59,467 nucleotides of DNA from an uncultured Clostridia bacterium (GCA_947586625.1 CANPXS010000002.1:1-59467), one strand, 5' to 3'. Shown: positions 9,339 through 19,622, counted from the stretch's first letter. Numbers and translations are program-made. The notes: generated by a model not told the origin, from the letters alone.

Positions 9339-11861
9339 TCACGAATTCGTTCGACGTCTCTTTTTTATCTCCGCACACACGCGGTCGCGCACACTGTAGT
9401 ACCCGTTCATTACGCGGTCCTGCCATTTTATGAAGAAATCGAGCGCGGGACCGCCGAGAAGCGCAAACAAAATCAGTATCAGCGTGTCGCGCCATTCGAG
9501 CGACTGCTCGTTCACATACGCGTTCATCAGAAGAAATCCCGCAAAGAACATCACCGTCATCGACACGACTAAAACGACTCTGACCGGCTTGCCCTTGTAC
9601 GGCCTGCACACCCTGTCGATCATGTTCAGCCCTACGACGCCCATTATCATCGTGCATATGACGCCGACTATCATCTCGTCCATGTCGTATTCGAGCTGGA
9701 ACAGTATGAGCCCGATGACTATGAACAGATCGGCGAGCGCCGCAGGCAGCGCGCGCCCCATAACGTGACGCATGAACCGCCCTCTCACGCGGTCGCCGTT
9801 CGGCTCCATTGCAAGTATGAACGACGGTATGCCTATCGTGCACATGTTAACGAGCGTGAGCTGCGACGGCGACAGCGGATACGGCAGCGAGAATATGAGC
9901 GTCACTGTCGCCAAAACGAGCGAAAAGATGTTTTTTACAAGATACAGCGACGCCGAACGCTCGATGTTGTTTATAACGCGCCTGCCCTCGGCAACGACGG
10001 CCGGCATTGCGGAAAAGTCTGAGTCGAGCAGCACGATGTTCGCCACCTGACCGGCGACGCTGCTTCCGCTCGCCATAGCGACGGAGCAGTCCGCCTCCTT
10101 GAGCGCGAGCACATCGTTCACGCCGTCGCCCGTCATCGCGACGGTGTGACCCGCCGCCTTGAGCGCAAGCACCAGCTTCTTCTTCTGCTCCGGCGTCACG
10201 CGTCCGAATACCACATACCGCAGAGCCGCGTCCGCGATGTCCTCGTCGGTCACAAGCGTCCTCGCGTCGACGGCGCGCTCCGCGCCCTCGATGCCCACCT
10301 CTGCGGCGACTGCCGAGACCGTCATGTGATTGTCGCCCGATATGACCTTTATTTTCACTCCCTGCTCTGCAAAATACGCAAACGTCGACTTCGCATTGTC
10401 GCGCACCTTGTTTCTCAGCGTCACGAGCGCGAGCGGCAAAAGCTGCGCCGACGGGATATTCTCCGTCCTGCGCCCGTTGTACATCGCAAGCAAAAGCACA
10501 CGCTCGCCCTTCGCCGCATGCGACTCGACCATATGCGCATACTTGGCGTAATGCTCGCCGAGCATCACGTCCGGCGCACCCAAAAGATAGCAAACGCCTC
10601 CCTCGAGCTCGACGAGCCCGTACTTCTTCGACGACGTAAACGGCATAACGCCGACCGCCTCCGCCGTCGGCACACCGGAGAACCGCTCGCACAGCGCGCT
10701 CATCGTGTCGTTCTCGACGCCGACAGCGCCCCTTATCGCCGCACAGTAATCGGTCATCGCATCGTTAATCGACTTATCGTCGAATCTGTCGCGGCACAGC
10801 GGTATAATGCTGCCGACCGACATCTTCGGCTCCGTTATAGTGCCCGTCTTGTCCACGCACAAAACGTCGACATGCGCTAGCGTCTCGATGCACGCCATCT
10901 CATGAACGAGTGTGCGCTTTTTCGACAGGCGCAATACCCCCGCGACGAGCGCGAGACTCGTCAGAAGGTACAGCCCCTCCGGTATCATGCCGACGAGCGC
11001 CGCCACCGTCGAAACGACCGCGACGGGATAATCCCTGTCGAGCACGTTCATTTCCTTATACAGCAGCGCCGCGCCGAGCGGTATCGCAATAACGCCTATC
11101 ACCGCCACATACCGCGACAGCGAACGCATCATATCCGACTTCTGCGTGCGCGTCGTCCTCTTCGCCTCTACCGTCAGCCTCGACGCAAACGAATTTTTGC
11201 CGACCGCCGTCAGCCGCGCCCTGCACACACCCGACACGACGAAGCTGCCCGACAAAAGCTGCTCGCCCGCCGACTTGTCTATCTCGTCCGCCTCGCCCGT
11301 CACGAGCGACTCGTTCACCTTGCAGCCGCCGTCGAGCACGACAGCGTCCGCGTATATCTGCTCGCCCGCGTGAAACACCACCACATCGTCGAGCACGAGC
11401 TCGTGAACGTCCATCGTCACCTCTTTGCCGTCGCGCAGGACAGTCCCCTTAGGCGTCGTCAGTATCGTCAGCTTGTCGAGTGTGCGCTTCGAGCGCAGCT
11501 CCTGCACGATGCCCGTGACCGAGTTTATTATCACGACCGCCATGAACGTCAGCTCTTCCCACTCGCCGACCGTCGCTACGAGCACCGCGAGCACCGTGAA
11601 GAATATATTGAAAAACGTGACCGTATTCGTCAGTATTATCTGCCCGACCGTCTTCGACGCCGCCTCGACGGCGACGTTCGACTTGCCCTCGGCGGCGCGC
11701 TTCTGCGCCTCCGCCGTCGACAAACCGAGATACGGCTGATGAGCATTCTGCGCACTCTGCACAGTATTATTTACCGTATTTTCGCCCGTCTGCGCATGCG
11801 CCGAAGCATGCACAGAACGGTCATTTTGCGTCTCAAATCCGTGATCGCCCGTCTGCGTCAC
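9339..11861 (-). CDS. Cation-translocating P-type ATPase (HAD-IC family)
   Basis: 840 aa. Phosphorylation motif CVDKTGTITE, hinge MTGDGVNDVLALKEAD and about 10 predicted TM segments. Confidence 0.9.
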   Translation of the reverse strand: MTQTGDHGFETQNDRSVHASAHAQTGENTVNNTVQSAQNAHQPYLGLSTAEAQKRAAEGKSNVAVEAASKTVGQIILTNTVTFFNIFFTVLAVLVATVGEWEELTFMAVVIINSVTGIVQELRSKRTLDKLTILTTPKGTVLRDGKEVTMDVHELVLDDVVVFHAGEQIYADAVVLDGGCKVNESLVTGEADEIDKSAGEQLLSGSFVVSGVCRARLTAVGKNSFASRLTVEAKRTTRTQKSDMMRSLSRYVAVIGVIAIPLGAALLYKEMNVLDRDYPVAVVSTVAALVGMIPEGLYLLTSLALVAGVLRLSKKRTLVHEMACIETLAHVDVLCVDKTGTITEPKMSVGSIIPLCRDRFDDKSINDAMTDYCAAIRGAVGVENDTMSALCERFSGVPTAEAVGVMPFTSSKKYGLVELEGGVCYLLGAPDVMLGEHYAKYAHMVESHAAKGERVLLLAMYNGRRTENIPSAQLLPLALVTLRNKVRDNAKSTFAYFAEQGVKIKVISGDNHMTVSAVAAEVGIEGAERAVDARTLVTDEDIADAALRYVVFGRVTPEQKKKLVLALKAAGHTVAMTGDGVNDVLALKEADCSVAMASGSSVAGQVANIVLLDSDFSAMPAVVAEGRRVINNIERSASLYLVKNIFSLVLATVTLIFSLPYPLSPSQLTLVNMCTIGIPSFILAMEPNGDRVRGRFMRHVMGRALPAALADLFIVIGLILFQLEYDMDEMIVGVICTMIMGVVGLNMIDRVCRPYKGKPVRVVLVVSMTVMFFAGFLLMNAYVNEQSLEWRDTLILILFALLGGPALDFFIKWQDRVMNGYYSVRDRVCAEIKKRRRTNS

Positions 11862-11914
11862 GCCGCATCGCCCCCTTTCACCTCATGCGTGCGCCGCGCA
11901 CAAAGATTAAGCGT

Positions 11915-12883
11915 TTATTTTCTCATAAAGCCGCTGTACGCGGGCTTTTCCTTCATATCCGCGTCAAACAGGAGCGGCGACTCGCGCCGTCTCCACGACG
12001 TCGCGTCGTTCACGCCCCACACCGTCAGACTCGTGAAATTTTCGCCGTTTTCCGCGAGTCCGTCCGCGAACTCGCGCAGACGGCGGTAATACTCGCCCTG
12101 CTTCGCGAGCGTTTCCTCATTTACTTCCTTTATACCGACGTCGAGCTCCGTCATCTGGAGCTCATATCCCGCGTCGAGGAACTTTCTCGCCGCCGCGAAG
12201 AACTTGTCAAGCTCCTCGCCGACCGAAAGATGGCTCTGCATGCCGATGCCGTCTATAAGACCGTCCCGCTTCGCGTCCGACAGATGCTTTAGTATCAGAT
12301 CCGCCTTGTACATGCACGAATAATCGTTGTAAAACAGCTTCAAATATCCGGGCGCATACATGCGCGCATACTTGAACGCCATGTATATAAAATCGGGACC
12401 TATCGTCTCATACCATAAACTGTTCTTCTTGCGCACGCCGTTTTCGTCGCCGTCGCCGACGTCGAACGCCTCGTTCACCACGTCGACCGCATAAAACAAT
12501 CCCGGGTACTCGCCGCAGAAGTGACCGAACACTCCCTTGATGTACCACTCCATGCGGCCGAGCATCGTATCTCTGTCCGCCAGCTCGCCCTCGTCAGAAT
12601 AGTCCTTCGTGAAGAACCACCTCGGCGTTTGCGAATGCCACACGAGCGTGTGCAGCCGCATCTTCACGCCTTCTTCTATCGCCCTTTGCACCGCAGGCGC
12701 CGACCGCTTAAAATCCATCATCAGCTCGCCGCCTGCCTCCGGCTTCACGAGTATCGCCTCGGGCTTCATCTCGTTTTCGCACGTATAACTGTTGAAATTT
12801 TCGGTCACGACGGGACCGAACGTCTCCCATCTGCCGAACATATAGGCGGGCAGCGCCACGCCGAGATAATATTTATTTTCCAT
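11915..12883 (-). CDS. Endo-1,4-beta-xylanase, glycoside hydrolase family 10, no signal peptide
   Basis: 322 aa. TLVWHSQTPRWF, FYNDYS, IDGIGMQSHL and QMTELDV (catalytic Glu contexts) are typical of GH10. Confidence 0.85.
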   Translation of the reverse strand: MENKYYLGVALPAYMFGRWETFGPVVTENFNSYTCENEMKPEAILVKPEAGGELMMDFKRSAPAVQRAIEEGVKMRLHTLVWHSQTPRWFFTKDYSDEGELADRDTMLGRMEWYIKGVFGHFCGEYPGLFYAVDVVNEAFDVGDGDENGVRKKNSLWYETIGPDFIYMAFKYARMYAPGYLKLFYNDYSCMYKADLILKHLSDAKRDGLIDGIGMQSHLSVGEELDKFFAAARKFLDAGYELQMTELDVGIKEVNEETLAKQGEYYRRLREFADGLAENGENFTSLTVWGVNDATSWRRRESPLLFDADMKEKPAYSGFMRK

Positions 12884-12904
12884 TATATTTGTTCTCCGTA
12901 TTTA

Positions 12905-13756
12905 TCACTTCACATACACGGACTCGCCGTCCGTATATACCGTCACCGCGCCGTCCCTGTCGGTGCGCATGACCTCGACTCCGTGCGACTCGAGCCTTTC
13001 GACTACCTCCGCATGCGGATGCCCGTAATCGTTGTCGACGCCGCACGATATGACCGCTATGTCGGGCGACACCGCTTCGAGGAATTCTTCCCCCGTCGAC
13101 GTCGACGAGCCGTGATGCGCGACCTTCAAAACGTCTATATCGAGCGCGTCCGCGCCGTATGCGCCGAGCAGCGCTTCTTCACCGTCCGACTCAATGTCGC
13201 CGGTAAACATAAATTTCATCTTCCTGAACGTCAGCACCGCGACGGCACTGTCGTCGTTCGCGTCTCCCGTATACGAAAGCGGCGACAGTATCTCGACTTT
13301 GACGTCGCCGAACTCGTACACATCGCCCGCCTTCGCCTCGTACAGCGGACACCCCTCGTCCTCTACTGCCGCAAACAGCGCTTCTTCATCCTCCTCGTCG
13401 CCCGACGACGACGGCATTATCACCTCGCCGACGTCGCACGCACGAAGCACGGCGTCCGCACCGCCGATGTGGTCGTCGTGCGGATGCGACAGCACCATCG
13501 CGTCGAGCCTGTCGACTCCCGTCGCACGCAGATACGACACAAGCTTGTCCTCGCTGTCGTTAGTGCCCGAGTCGAACAATACAGCGCCGCCGTCCCATAC
13601 AAATATCGCCGCGTCGCCCTGCCCGACGCTGAAATACCGCGCATACGCCTCGCCACGTGTCGGCGAGGACGGCGCGCATGCGGCCGCCGCAGCGATTATG
13701 GCTGCAATAATTACCACGACTGCGGCGGCCGCTATTATCTTCTTACTTTTTGCCAC
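12905..13756 (-). CDS. Membrane-anchored MBL-fold metallo-hydrolase (ComEC C-terminal-like)
   Basis: 283 aa. N-terminal hydrophobic segment with an AAAAC lipobox-like site. HPHDDHIGG metal motif and VAHHGS. Confidence 0.75.
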   Translation of the reverse strand: MAKSKKIIAAAAVVVIIAAIIAAAAACAPSSPTRGEAYARYFSVGQGDAAIFVWDGGAVLFDSGTNDSEDKLVSYLRATGVDRLDAMVLSHPHDDHIGGADAVLRACDVGEVIMPSSSGDEEDEEALFAAVEDEGCPLYEAKAGDVYEFGDVKVEILSPLSYTGDANDDSAVAVLTFRKMKFMFTGDIESDGEEALLGAYGADALDIDVLKVAHHGSSTSTGEEFLEAVSPDIAVISCGVDNDYGHPHAEVVERLESHGVEVMRTDRDGAVTVYTDGESVYVK

Positions 13757-13769
13757 ACCGGCTTTTCCG

Positions 13770-14396
13770 TCAGCCGATGGAATCCGCGAACGCCTTTATC
13801 ACGTTCGCCGCGCCCTGCGCGTCGATTATCGTCGTGTCGATGACCAAATCGTAAAGCTCCTGCTTTCCCCACTTCTGACCCGTGTAATGCGAATAATACG
13901 ACGCACGGCGGCGGTCTGTCTTGATGCACATGTCCTGCGCCTCCGCCTCGCTTATATCGTGACGCTTCGCCACTCTCTCCGCGCGCACGGGAAGTTCCGC
14001 TTTAAGGAACACCTTTATGACGTTCTTGTTGTCGCGCAGCACATGGTCGGCGCATCTGCCGACTATGATGCACGACTCCTGCGCAAGCTCGCGTATGATG
14101 TTCGACTGCATGATGTAGAGCTTATCGCTCATGGGCATGTTGTACGCAAGCGGCATCGGCGTGCCGTAATCGACTGAACCGACCGCGAGCGTATACAGCA
14201 GACTTGACTGCGCGCGCTCGTCGTGTCTTTCGACCACATCCTCTCCGAATCCGCTCTTCGTCGCCGTCATAGTTATGAGCTCTCTGTCGTAGAACGGCAA
14301 GCCCGTCATCTTTGACAGGACCTCGCCCGTAAATCTTCCGGACGCCCCGTACTGCCTTGCGATCGTAATAACGGTATTTTTCGTCATGTCTGCCAC
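13770..14396 (-). CDS. Cytidylate kinase-like family protein
   Basis: 208 aa. The ITIARQYGASGRFTGEVLSKMTGLPFYDRELI N-terminus is typical of the cytidylate-kinase-like (AAA_33-type) family. Confidence 0.7.
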   Translation of the reverse strand: MADMTKNTVITIARQYGASGRFTGEVLSKMTGLPFYDRELITMTATKSGFGEDVVERHDERAQSSLLYTLAVGSVDYGTPMPLAYNMPMSDKLYIMQSNIIRELAQESCIIVGRCADHVLRDNKNVIKVFLKAELPVRAERVAKRHDISEAEAQDMCIKTDRRRASYYSHYTGQKWGKQELYDLVIDTTIIDAQGAANVIKAFADSIG

Positions 14397-14402
14397 CCCT
14401 TT

Positions 14403-15047
14403 TTAATAATAGATTTTGTTTATTATAATGTCTTCTTTATCCGGCATACTGCCTGCCGGCGTCACTGCCGAAAGCGCATATTCGCCGCCCGCAGCTTCGA
14501 TAATGCGGCTGACGACCGAAACGCCGTCCGGCAGACGCACCGTGTCGACCTCCGTCAACGGACGCGTGATGCCGTCGCCCGTGTATTTGAGATACGCTTC
14601 CTTCCGCGTCCAGACCGTGTAAAACGACAACTCCCTGTCGTCCGACGCGTCTATATACGCACGTTCCGCGTCCGTATAAAACCTCGCCGCGATCCTTTCG
14701 TGCCTCACACCGTTGCCTCTGTCGACTCTCTCGATGTCGACGCCCACGTCCCCGCCGCCTGTGAGCAGCGCGCCCGCAGCGGCATGCCCGCTGTGACTGA
14801 TGCTGAACGCGACATTATCGGTGCTCGGCACATACGGCTTGCCGTTTTTGCCGTACGCGACCTCATATCCGACGCCTGCCGCGTCCATCATACGCAGCCT
14901 GACGAGCTCGCCGAGAGCCGTCAGAAGCGCCGCGCCACGCCGCGACAGCGCCTTGTTCCGCGACTCGGGCGGGAGCAGACCGAGCAAACGCTCCGTCTGC
15001 TCCTCGTTCCCCTCGCCGCTAAGCTCCGCTATATAAAGCGAAAGCAT
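14403..15047 (-). CDS. 4'-phosphopantetheinyl transferase (Sfp type)
   Basis: 214 aa. FSISHSGHAAAGA, VGVDIERV and WTRKEAYLKYTG motifs. Confidence 0.8.
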   Translation of the reverse strand: MLSLYIAELSGEGNEEQTERLLGLLPPESRNKALSRRGAALLTALGELVRLRMMDAAGVGYEVAYGKNGKPYVPSTDNVAFSISHSGHAAAGALLTGGGDVGVDIERVDRGNGVRHERIAARFYTDAERAYIDASDDRELSFYTVWTRKEAYLKYTGDGITRPLTEVDTVRLPDGVSVVSRIIEAAGGEYALSAVTPAGSMPDKEDIIINKIYY

Positions 15048-16675
15048 TATTTCTCGCTCATGTACGGGTACTTGACGTCGTACGACGGCACGAACGTCTC
15101 CTTGATGCAGCGCGGGCTTATCCAGCGGTACAGATTGAGTGTGCTGCCCGCCTTATCGTTCGTGCCCGACGCACGCGAACCGCCGAACGGCTGCTGACCG
15201 ACTACGGCGCCCGTAGGCTTGTCGTTGATGTAGAAGTTGCCCGCCGTGCCCGAGAGCGCGGACTCCATATGCGCGATAACGGCGCGGTCGCGGGCGAATA
15301 TAGCGCCCGTCAGCCCGTACGGCGACGCCGTATCGCAGATATGCAGCGTCTCGTCGAGCTTGTCGTCGTCGTATACGTATACGGTCAGAACAGGCCCGAA
15401 TATCTCCTTCACCATCGACTCATAGTCGGGACGCTTCGCCACGATGAGCGTCGGCTGCACGAAATAGCCGACCGAATCGTCATAGCTGCCGAATACGACC
15501 TCCGCGTCCTCGGACGCATTCGCTCTGTCGATGTAGCCCTTTATATTGTCAAACGAATTGCGGTCTATAACGGCGCCCATGAAGTTCGAGAAGTCCGCCA
15601 CATCGCCGACCGACACCGTCGCGACGAGCGCCTTCACCTTCTCAAGCACAGTGTCCCAAATCGACGCGGGGATGAACGCTCTCGACGCCGCCGAGCACTT
15701 CTGACCCTGATACTCGTAAGCGCCTCTCACCATCGCCGCCGCGAGCGCGTCCACGTCCGCAGTGTTGTGCGCGAAAATGAAGTCCTTGCCTCCCGTCTCA
15801 CCGACGAGACGCGGATACGACTCGTATGTTCTGATGTTCTCGCCCACCGTCTTAAATACGCCGGAGAACACCTCCGTCGAGCCCGTGAAGTGGAAGCCCG
15901 CCATCTTCGGATGCGGCAGCACATACTTGCTCACATCGACGCCGCGCGACGGGATGAAGTTGATGACGCCCGCCGGCAGTCCCGCCTCCATCATTATCTT
16001 CATCAGAAGATAATTCGAATGGACCGCCGTCGAGGACGGCTTCCACAGCACCGTGTTGCCCATGAGAGCGGGAGCCGACGGCAGATTGCCCGCTATCGAC
16101 GTGAAGTTGAACGGCGTTATCGCGACTACAAAACCGTCGAGCGGTCTGTACTCAACTCTGTCCCAGATGCCCTTCGAGCTGTTCGGCTGCTGATGGTATA
16201 TCGTCTCGGCGTTCTCGACGTTGAAACGGAAGAAATCCGCAAGCTCACACGCCGAATCTATCTCCGCCTGGAACACCGTCTTCGACTGACCGAGCATCGT
16301 CGCCGCGTTTATCGCGTCGCGGTACTTTGTCGTCAAAAGCTCCGCGATCTTCAGGAATATCGCCGCCCTGTGCTCGAACGGCATCGCCTGCCACTCAGCC
16401 TTAGCCGCGAGCGCCGCGTCTATCGCCGCTTTGAGCTCGACCTCGCCCGCTACCGAATAGCGCGCTATAACGTGATGATGGTCGTGCGGCATTACCACGT
16501 CGCGCACCGTCGACGTCCTTACCTCTTTGCCGCCGATTATGAGCGGTACGTCGACTATCTCCGCCGACTGACGCGCAAGCTCCGCCTTAAGGCTCTCGCG
16601 CTCCGCCGAACCGGGCATATAAGCGTGGATCGGCTCATTGTACGCTCTCGGTACACTGTAAATTCCGTTTGACAT
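15047..16675 (-). CDS. pruA: L-glutamate gamma-semialdehyde (1-pyrroline-5-carboxylate) dehydrogenase
   Basis: Start at ATG 16675 (GGAGG 9 nt upstream). MSNGIYSVPRAYNEPIHAYMPGS N-terminus. Aldehyde dehydrogenase motifs FTGSTEVF, ETGGKD and GQKCSAASR. Confidence 0.88.
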   Translation of the reverse strand: MSNGIYSVPRAYNEPIHAYMPGSAERESLKAELARQSAEIVDVPLIIGGKEVRTSTVRDVVMPHDHHHVIARYSVAGEVELKAAIDAALAAKAEWQAMPFEHRAAIFLKIAELLTTKYRDAINAATMLGQSKTVFQAEIDSACELADFFRFNVENAETIYHQQPNSSKGIWDRVEYRPLDGFVVAITPFNFTSIAGNLPSAPALMGNTVLWKPSSTAVHSNYLLMKIMMEAGLPAGVINFIPSRGVDVSKYVLPHPKMAGFHFTGSTEVFSGVFKTVGENIRTYESYPRLVGETGGKDFIFAHNTADVDALAAAMVRGAYEYQGQKCSAASRAFIPASIWDTVLEKVKALVATVSVGDVADFSNFMGAVIDRNSFDNIKGYIDRANASEDAEVVFGSYDDSVGYFVQPTLIVAKRPDYESMVKEIFGPVLTVYVYDDDKLDETLHICDTASPYGLTGAIFARDRAVIAHMESALSGTAGNFYINDKPTGAVVGQQPFGGSRASGTNDKAGSTLNLYRWISPRCIKETFVPSYDVKYPYMSEK

Positions 16676-16742
16676 TTTCCTTTTCCTCCAAAGCATTTTA
16701 TATGTGAATTTTTGTCAGAAATTCCGAATTTAATAATACTGT

Positions 16743-17321
16743 TTAGAACTCGACGCCCTCAAAGCCTAAAAGCGCCATCGCGCACAGTCCGAGCAAAATC
16801 AGAAACGACGGCGCGCCGCGAAACGCGCGCGGAATATCGCGCTCCCTCATATCGGTGCGTATGTGCGCGATAACGGCATACGTGACCGCGACCGACACCG
16901 AAAATATCACCGTGCATATCAGACTGTCTAAAAACACCGTCGTGTGCGCTCTTGCGAGCAGCACGACGCCGCACGTCGCCGAGTTGAACATCAGCCACTT
17001 GTGCTCGCTTTTATCTTTGCCGCCGAGTTTGCGGTAAACGAAGTCCGACGCATACGAGACGAACAGCGCCGTCAGGACCGTCACCGTCGCGTCGAGCAGC
17101 GTCGTCGAGCCCGACAAACGCAGTATCGCATAAACGATGACGTTCGTCACCGCCGACGAAAACGCTATGCCGATCGACATCGGCAAAACGCTTTTCGTGC
17201 CGCGCGTCACTGCATCGACGGAATCGAGTCCCGCCGAGCGGACGAGCGCCGCGTTCGCGGTGAACATCGTGAAAAACACATACGCCAAAAGCTCAGTCGT
17301 TCCCATTTCCACCACCGTCAC
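16743..17321 (-). CDS. RnfA/NqrE-like membrane subunit (divergent)
   Basis: 192 aa polytopic protein. The C-terminus DIPRAFRGAPSFLILLGLCAMALLGFEG parallels the RnfA end (...PFRG...AL.TAGL.SLAF.GF.G). The N-terminal region reads GLDSV where RnfA has GLCPF. The start could be 17306 instead. Confidence 0.6.
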   Translation of the reverse strand: MTVVEMGTTELLAYVFFTMFTANAALVRSAGLDSVDAVTRGTKSVLPMSIGIAFSSAVTNVIVYAILRLSGSTTLLDATVTVLTALFVSYASDFVYRKLGGKDKSEHKWLMFNSATCGVVLLARAHTTVFLDSLICTVIFSVSVAVTYAVIAHIRTDMRERDIPRAFRGAPSFLILLGLCAMALLGFEGVEF

Positions 17322-18027
17322 CCGCGCCTGCTGTGTTCTCTGCAGCCTCTATTTCAACTGCATCGACCGCATCTGCATTTTCACTATTATCTGCATTTTC
17401 AATATCTTCACTCTCCGCACTCACTTCCCTCTCCACCGCACGCCTTTCCGCCCGCGCCTTTATGTACTCGTTCAACCTACGCACGCATACTCCGTACACA
17501 GCCGCTATAACGCCCGCCAGTATCAGCGCGCACGACGGCGACTCTGCATAATCGCTCCCGAACGCGGCGCGCAACAGAGCTATCACGATAAGGCTTATCC
17601 CGTACCCCGCCGAGTACGACGCGGCGGCAGCCGCATCACATGCAAGCGTGTCATTTCTCATCCTCGAAACGTGGGCGGCGAGACTTCCCGCCGTGAACAG
17701 CGGACAGCACGCGCCGATCCTGTTCCATTCGAGCGGCAAGACATGCGCCGTAAACAGCCCGCACGCGGCGACGACAGCTGCGGCAGTCGTAAAAAACACG
17801 AGAAAGCACGCATTTTTGCCGATCCCCCACATCCGCGCCAGCGACGACATAACGCTCGCCGACGTCATGACGAGCACGGCGATGACGGCGGCAGCCGCCG
17901 CATCCGCGACGCTTCGCGTGAACACGACGGCGCTGGCGGCGCCTATCGCCGCGGTGAAAAGCGGCGACGCGTCGAGGATATTGTGCCTGACCGTATTCAA
18001 AATACCGGCATATCGCTCGCGTGTCAT
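17293..18027 (-). CDS. RnfE/NqrD-like membrane subunit (divergent) with acidic C-terminal tail
   Basis: 244 aa. Polytopic, alanine-rich hydrophobic core in the RnfE position of the operon. Tail ESEDIENADNSENADAVDAVEIEAAEN. Family assignment is by position and weak similarity only. Confidence 0.45.
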   Translation of the reverse strand: MTRERYAGILNTVRHNILDASPLFTAAIGAASAVVFTRSVADAAAAAVIAVLVMTSASVMSSLARMWGIGKNACFLVFFTTAAAVVAACGLFTAHVLPLEWNRIGACCPLFTAGSLAAHVSRMRNDTLACDAAAAASYSAGYGISLIVIALLRAAFGSDYAESPSCALILAGVIAAVYGVCVRRLNEYIKARAERRAVEREVSAESEDIENADNSENADAVDAVEIEAAENTAGAGDGGGNGND

Positions 18028-18714
18028 TTATCCTTCTGTCCCTTCTGTCGAAGCCGGATCACTGTCCGCAGTCGTTTCGACTGCCTGCGTCTCCGCCTCC
18101 GTCGTCTCCGCCACAGTCGTTTCAACTGCCGTCGTCTCCGCCGCCGTCGTTTCCGTCACGACCGGCGGTTCCGTTTCAACGGGCGGCTCCGTCACGACCG
18201 GCGCCTCCGTCACAACCGGTGCTTCCGTCTCGACTGGTGCCTCCGTCACAACGGGCGGTTCCGTTTCGACCGGCTCCGTCTCCTTTTTCGTCTCCGACGT
18301 CACTATCTCCATCGGCGGCAGCGCCTGCACATGCGTTTCCGTTCCTTCGTCGGCTCCGTCAGCATTATCCGCACCGCCTTCTACATCTACATCTACATCT
18401 GCATCGCCATCATTATCCGCACCCGTCTCGCCGACAACGGTCTCATCATCATGCGCGCCCGCACTCACGGTATCGTCCGTCTCCCCGCCGCCGTCATTCC
18501 CGACTGCGGGCGGCGGGACCGCATCGTCATTCTCTATTATATCTGCATCATCTATATCTATATCCGCGTCCGTCTCCCTGTACGCTTCCCCGTCAGCGGC
18601 AAAATGCGCGCACGTCACGGCAGCCGCCGCCATCAGCGCGACGAAGACCGCCGTCGCCGCATACTTTATCACCGTTTCCTTCGAAACTGCTATTTTCATA
18701 TCCGGCAGCTTCAC
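18028..18714 (-). CDS. Membrane-anchored acidic repeat protein in the RnfG position
   Basis: 228 aa with one N-terminal TM (AATAVFVALMAAAAV). This is followed by about 190 aa rich in D/E/T/V/P with tandem units EPPVVTEAPVETEAPVVTEAPVVTEPPVETEPPVVTE. No FMN_bind-like sequence. ATGA overlap with the RnfD-like gene. Confidence 0.6.
   Translation of the reverse strand: MKLPDMKIAVSKETVIKYAATAVFVALMAAAAVTCAHFAADGEAYRETDADIDIDDADIIENDDAVPPPAVGNDGGGETDDTVSAGAHDDETVVGETGADNDGDADVDVDVEGGADNADGADEGTETHVQALPPMEIVTSETKKETEPVETEPPVVTEAPVETEAPVVTEAPVVTEPPVETEPPVVTETTAAETTAVETTVAETTEAETQAVETTADSDPASTEGTEG
18060..18300 (-). repeat. Imperfect 18-24 nt coding tandem repeats (ETE/PVVTE units)
   Basis: The plus strand shows reiterated ...cggctccgtcacgaccgg... 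/ ...cgcctccgtcacaaccgg... / ...tgcctccgtcacaacggg... units within the acidic protein gene. Confidence 0.7.
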
Positions 18715-19622
18715 TTCCCCGCCTCCGTACCCGTCCCGGACCGCACCTGTCGCGGAGCCGCTATCCTATCTATCGTGCCCGACAGCATATTCATCGCCAG
18801 TATCGCATACGCGACGCCGTCAAGGTCGCCGCCGAACCGCCTCATCACATACGTGAGCGCGCCCGCCCCGACGGCGAAAACGCATCTCCCGACTCCCGTC
18901 ACGGGCGTCGTCGTCGGGTCCGTCGCCATAAACACCGCACCGAGGAACAGCGACCCCGAAAACAGCTCGTACAGTATGTACGCCGCATTCTGCGGGAACA
19001 GCACCGACAGCGCCGCGACCGTACCGACGAAAAGCACCGGCACGCGCCAGTCGATGACGCTCCGCGCGATAAGATAGAGCCCGCCGACGGTCAACAGCAT
19101 CGCCGACACCTCGCCGATCGCACCGTCCGTCAAACCGACCGCCGCATCATAAACCGAATACTCCGGCAGCTTACCGACCGCCAGCGCCGTCAGCGCCGAC
19201 GAATACGGCAGCCTCGACCGAAAGCAGAGCCGCACGAACACGACGCCCGCGAGCGCCGGATTGAACACATTCGCGCCGAGCCCGCCGAACGCGCATTTCA
19301 CAATGATTATCGCAAACACGGACGCGAATACCGGCACGTACCACGGTGCCTCGACGGGCAGCCCGAACGCGATGAACATCCCCGTAACGACAGCCGACAA
19401 ATCGCCGACCGTCACACGCTTTTTCGCAATATATTCAAATACTCCCTCGCACAAAACAGACGTCGAAACCGACAGCGCCATGAGCAAAAGCGCCTTTGCT
19501 CCGAACCGCCATACCGCCCAAACGGCGGCGGGTATCATCGCCGTTACTACGTCCGCCATCATCGCGCGCACAGTCTCGGGGCTCTTTATAAACGGCGCGC
19601 CGTCAGCCTTTATCGCGTTCAT
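18711..19622 (-). CDS. RnfD/NqrB-like membrane subunit
   Basis: Start at ATG 19622 (GGAGG 6 nt upstream). FIKSPETVRAMMADVVTAMIPAA...FGGLGANVFNPALAG...GAVFMATDPTTTPVT match the NQR2/RnfD family pattern. Confidence 0.75.
   Translation of the reverse strand: MNAIKADGAPFIKSPETVRAMMADVVTAMIPAAVWAVWRFGAKALLLMALSVSTSVLCEGVFEYIAKKRVTVGDLSAVVTGMFIAFGLPVEAPWYVPVFASVFAIIIVKCAFGGLGANVFNPALAGVVFVRLCFRSRLPYSSALTALAVGKLPEYSVYDAAVGLTDGAIGEVSAMLLTVGGLYLIARSVIDWRVPVLFVGTVAALSVLFPQNAAYILYELFSGSLFLGAVFMATDPTTTPVTGVGRCVFAVGAGALTYVMRRFGGDLDGVAYAILAMNMLSGTIDRIAAPRQVRSGTGTEAGK

Noticed and set aside
10902-13843. Long plus-strand ORFs 10902-12089 and 12521-13843
   Set aside because: They are antisense to the P-type ATPase, the GH10 xylanase and the MBL hydrolase. 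The translations are Arg/His-rich with no motifs.
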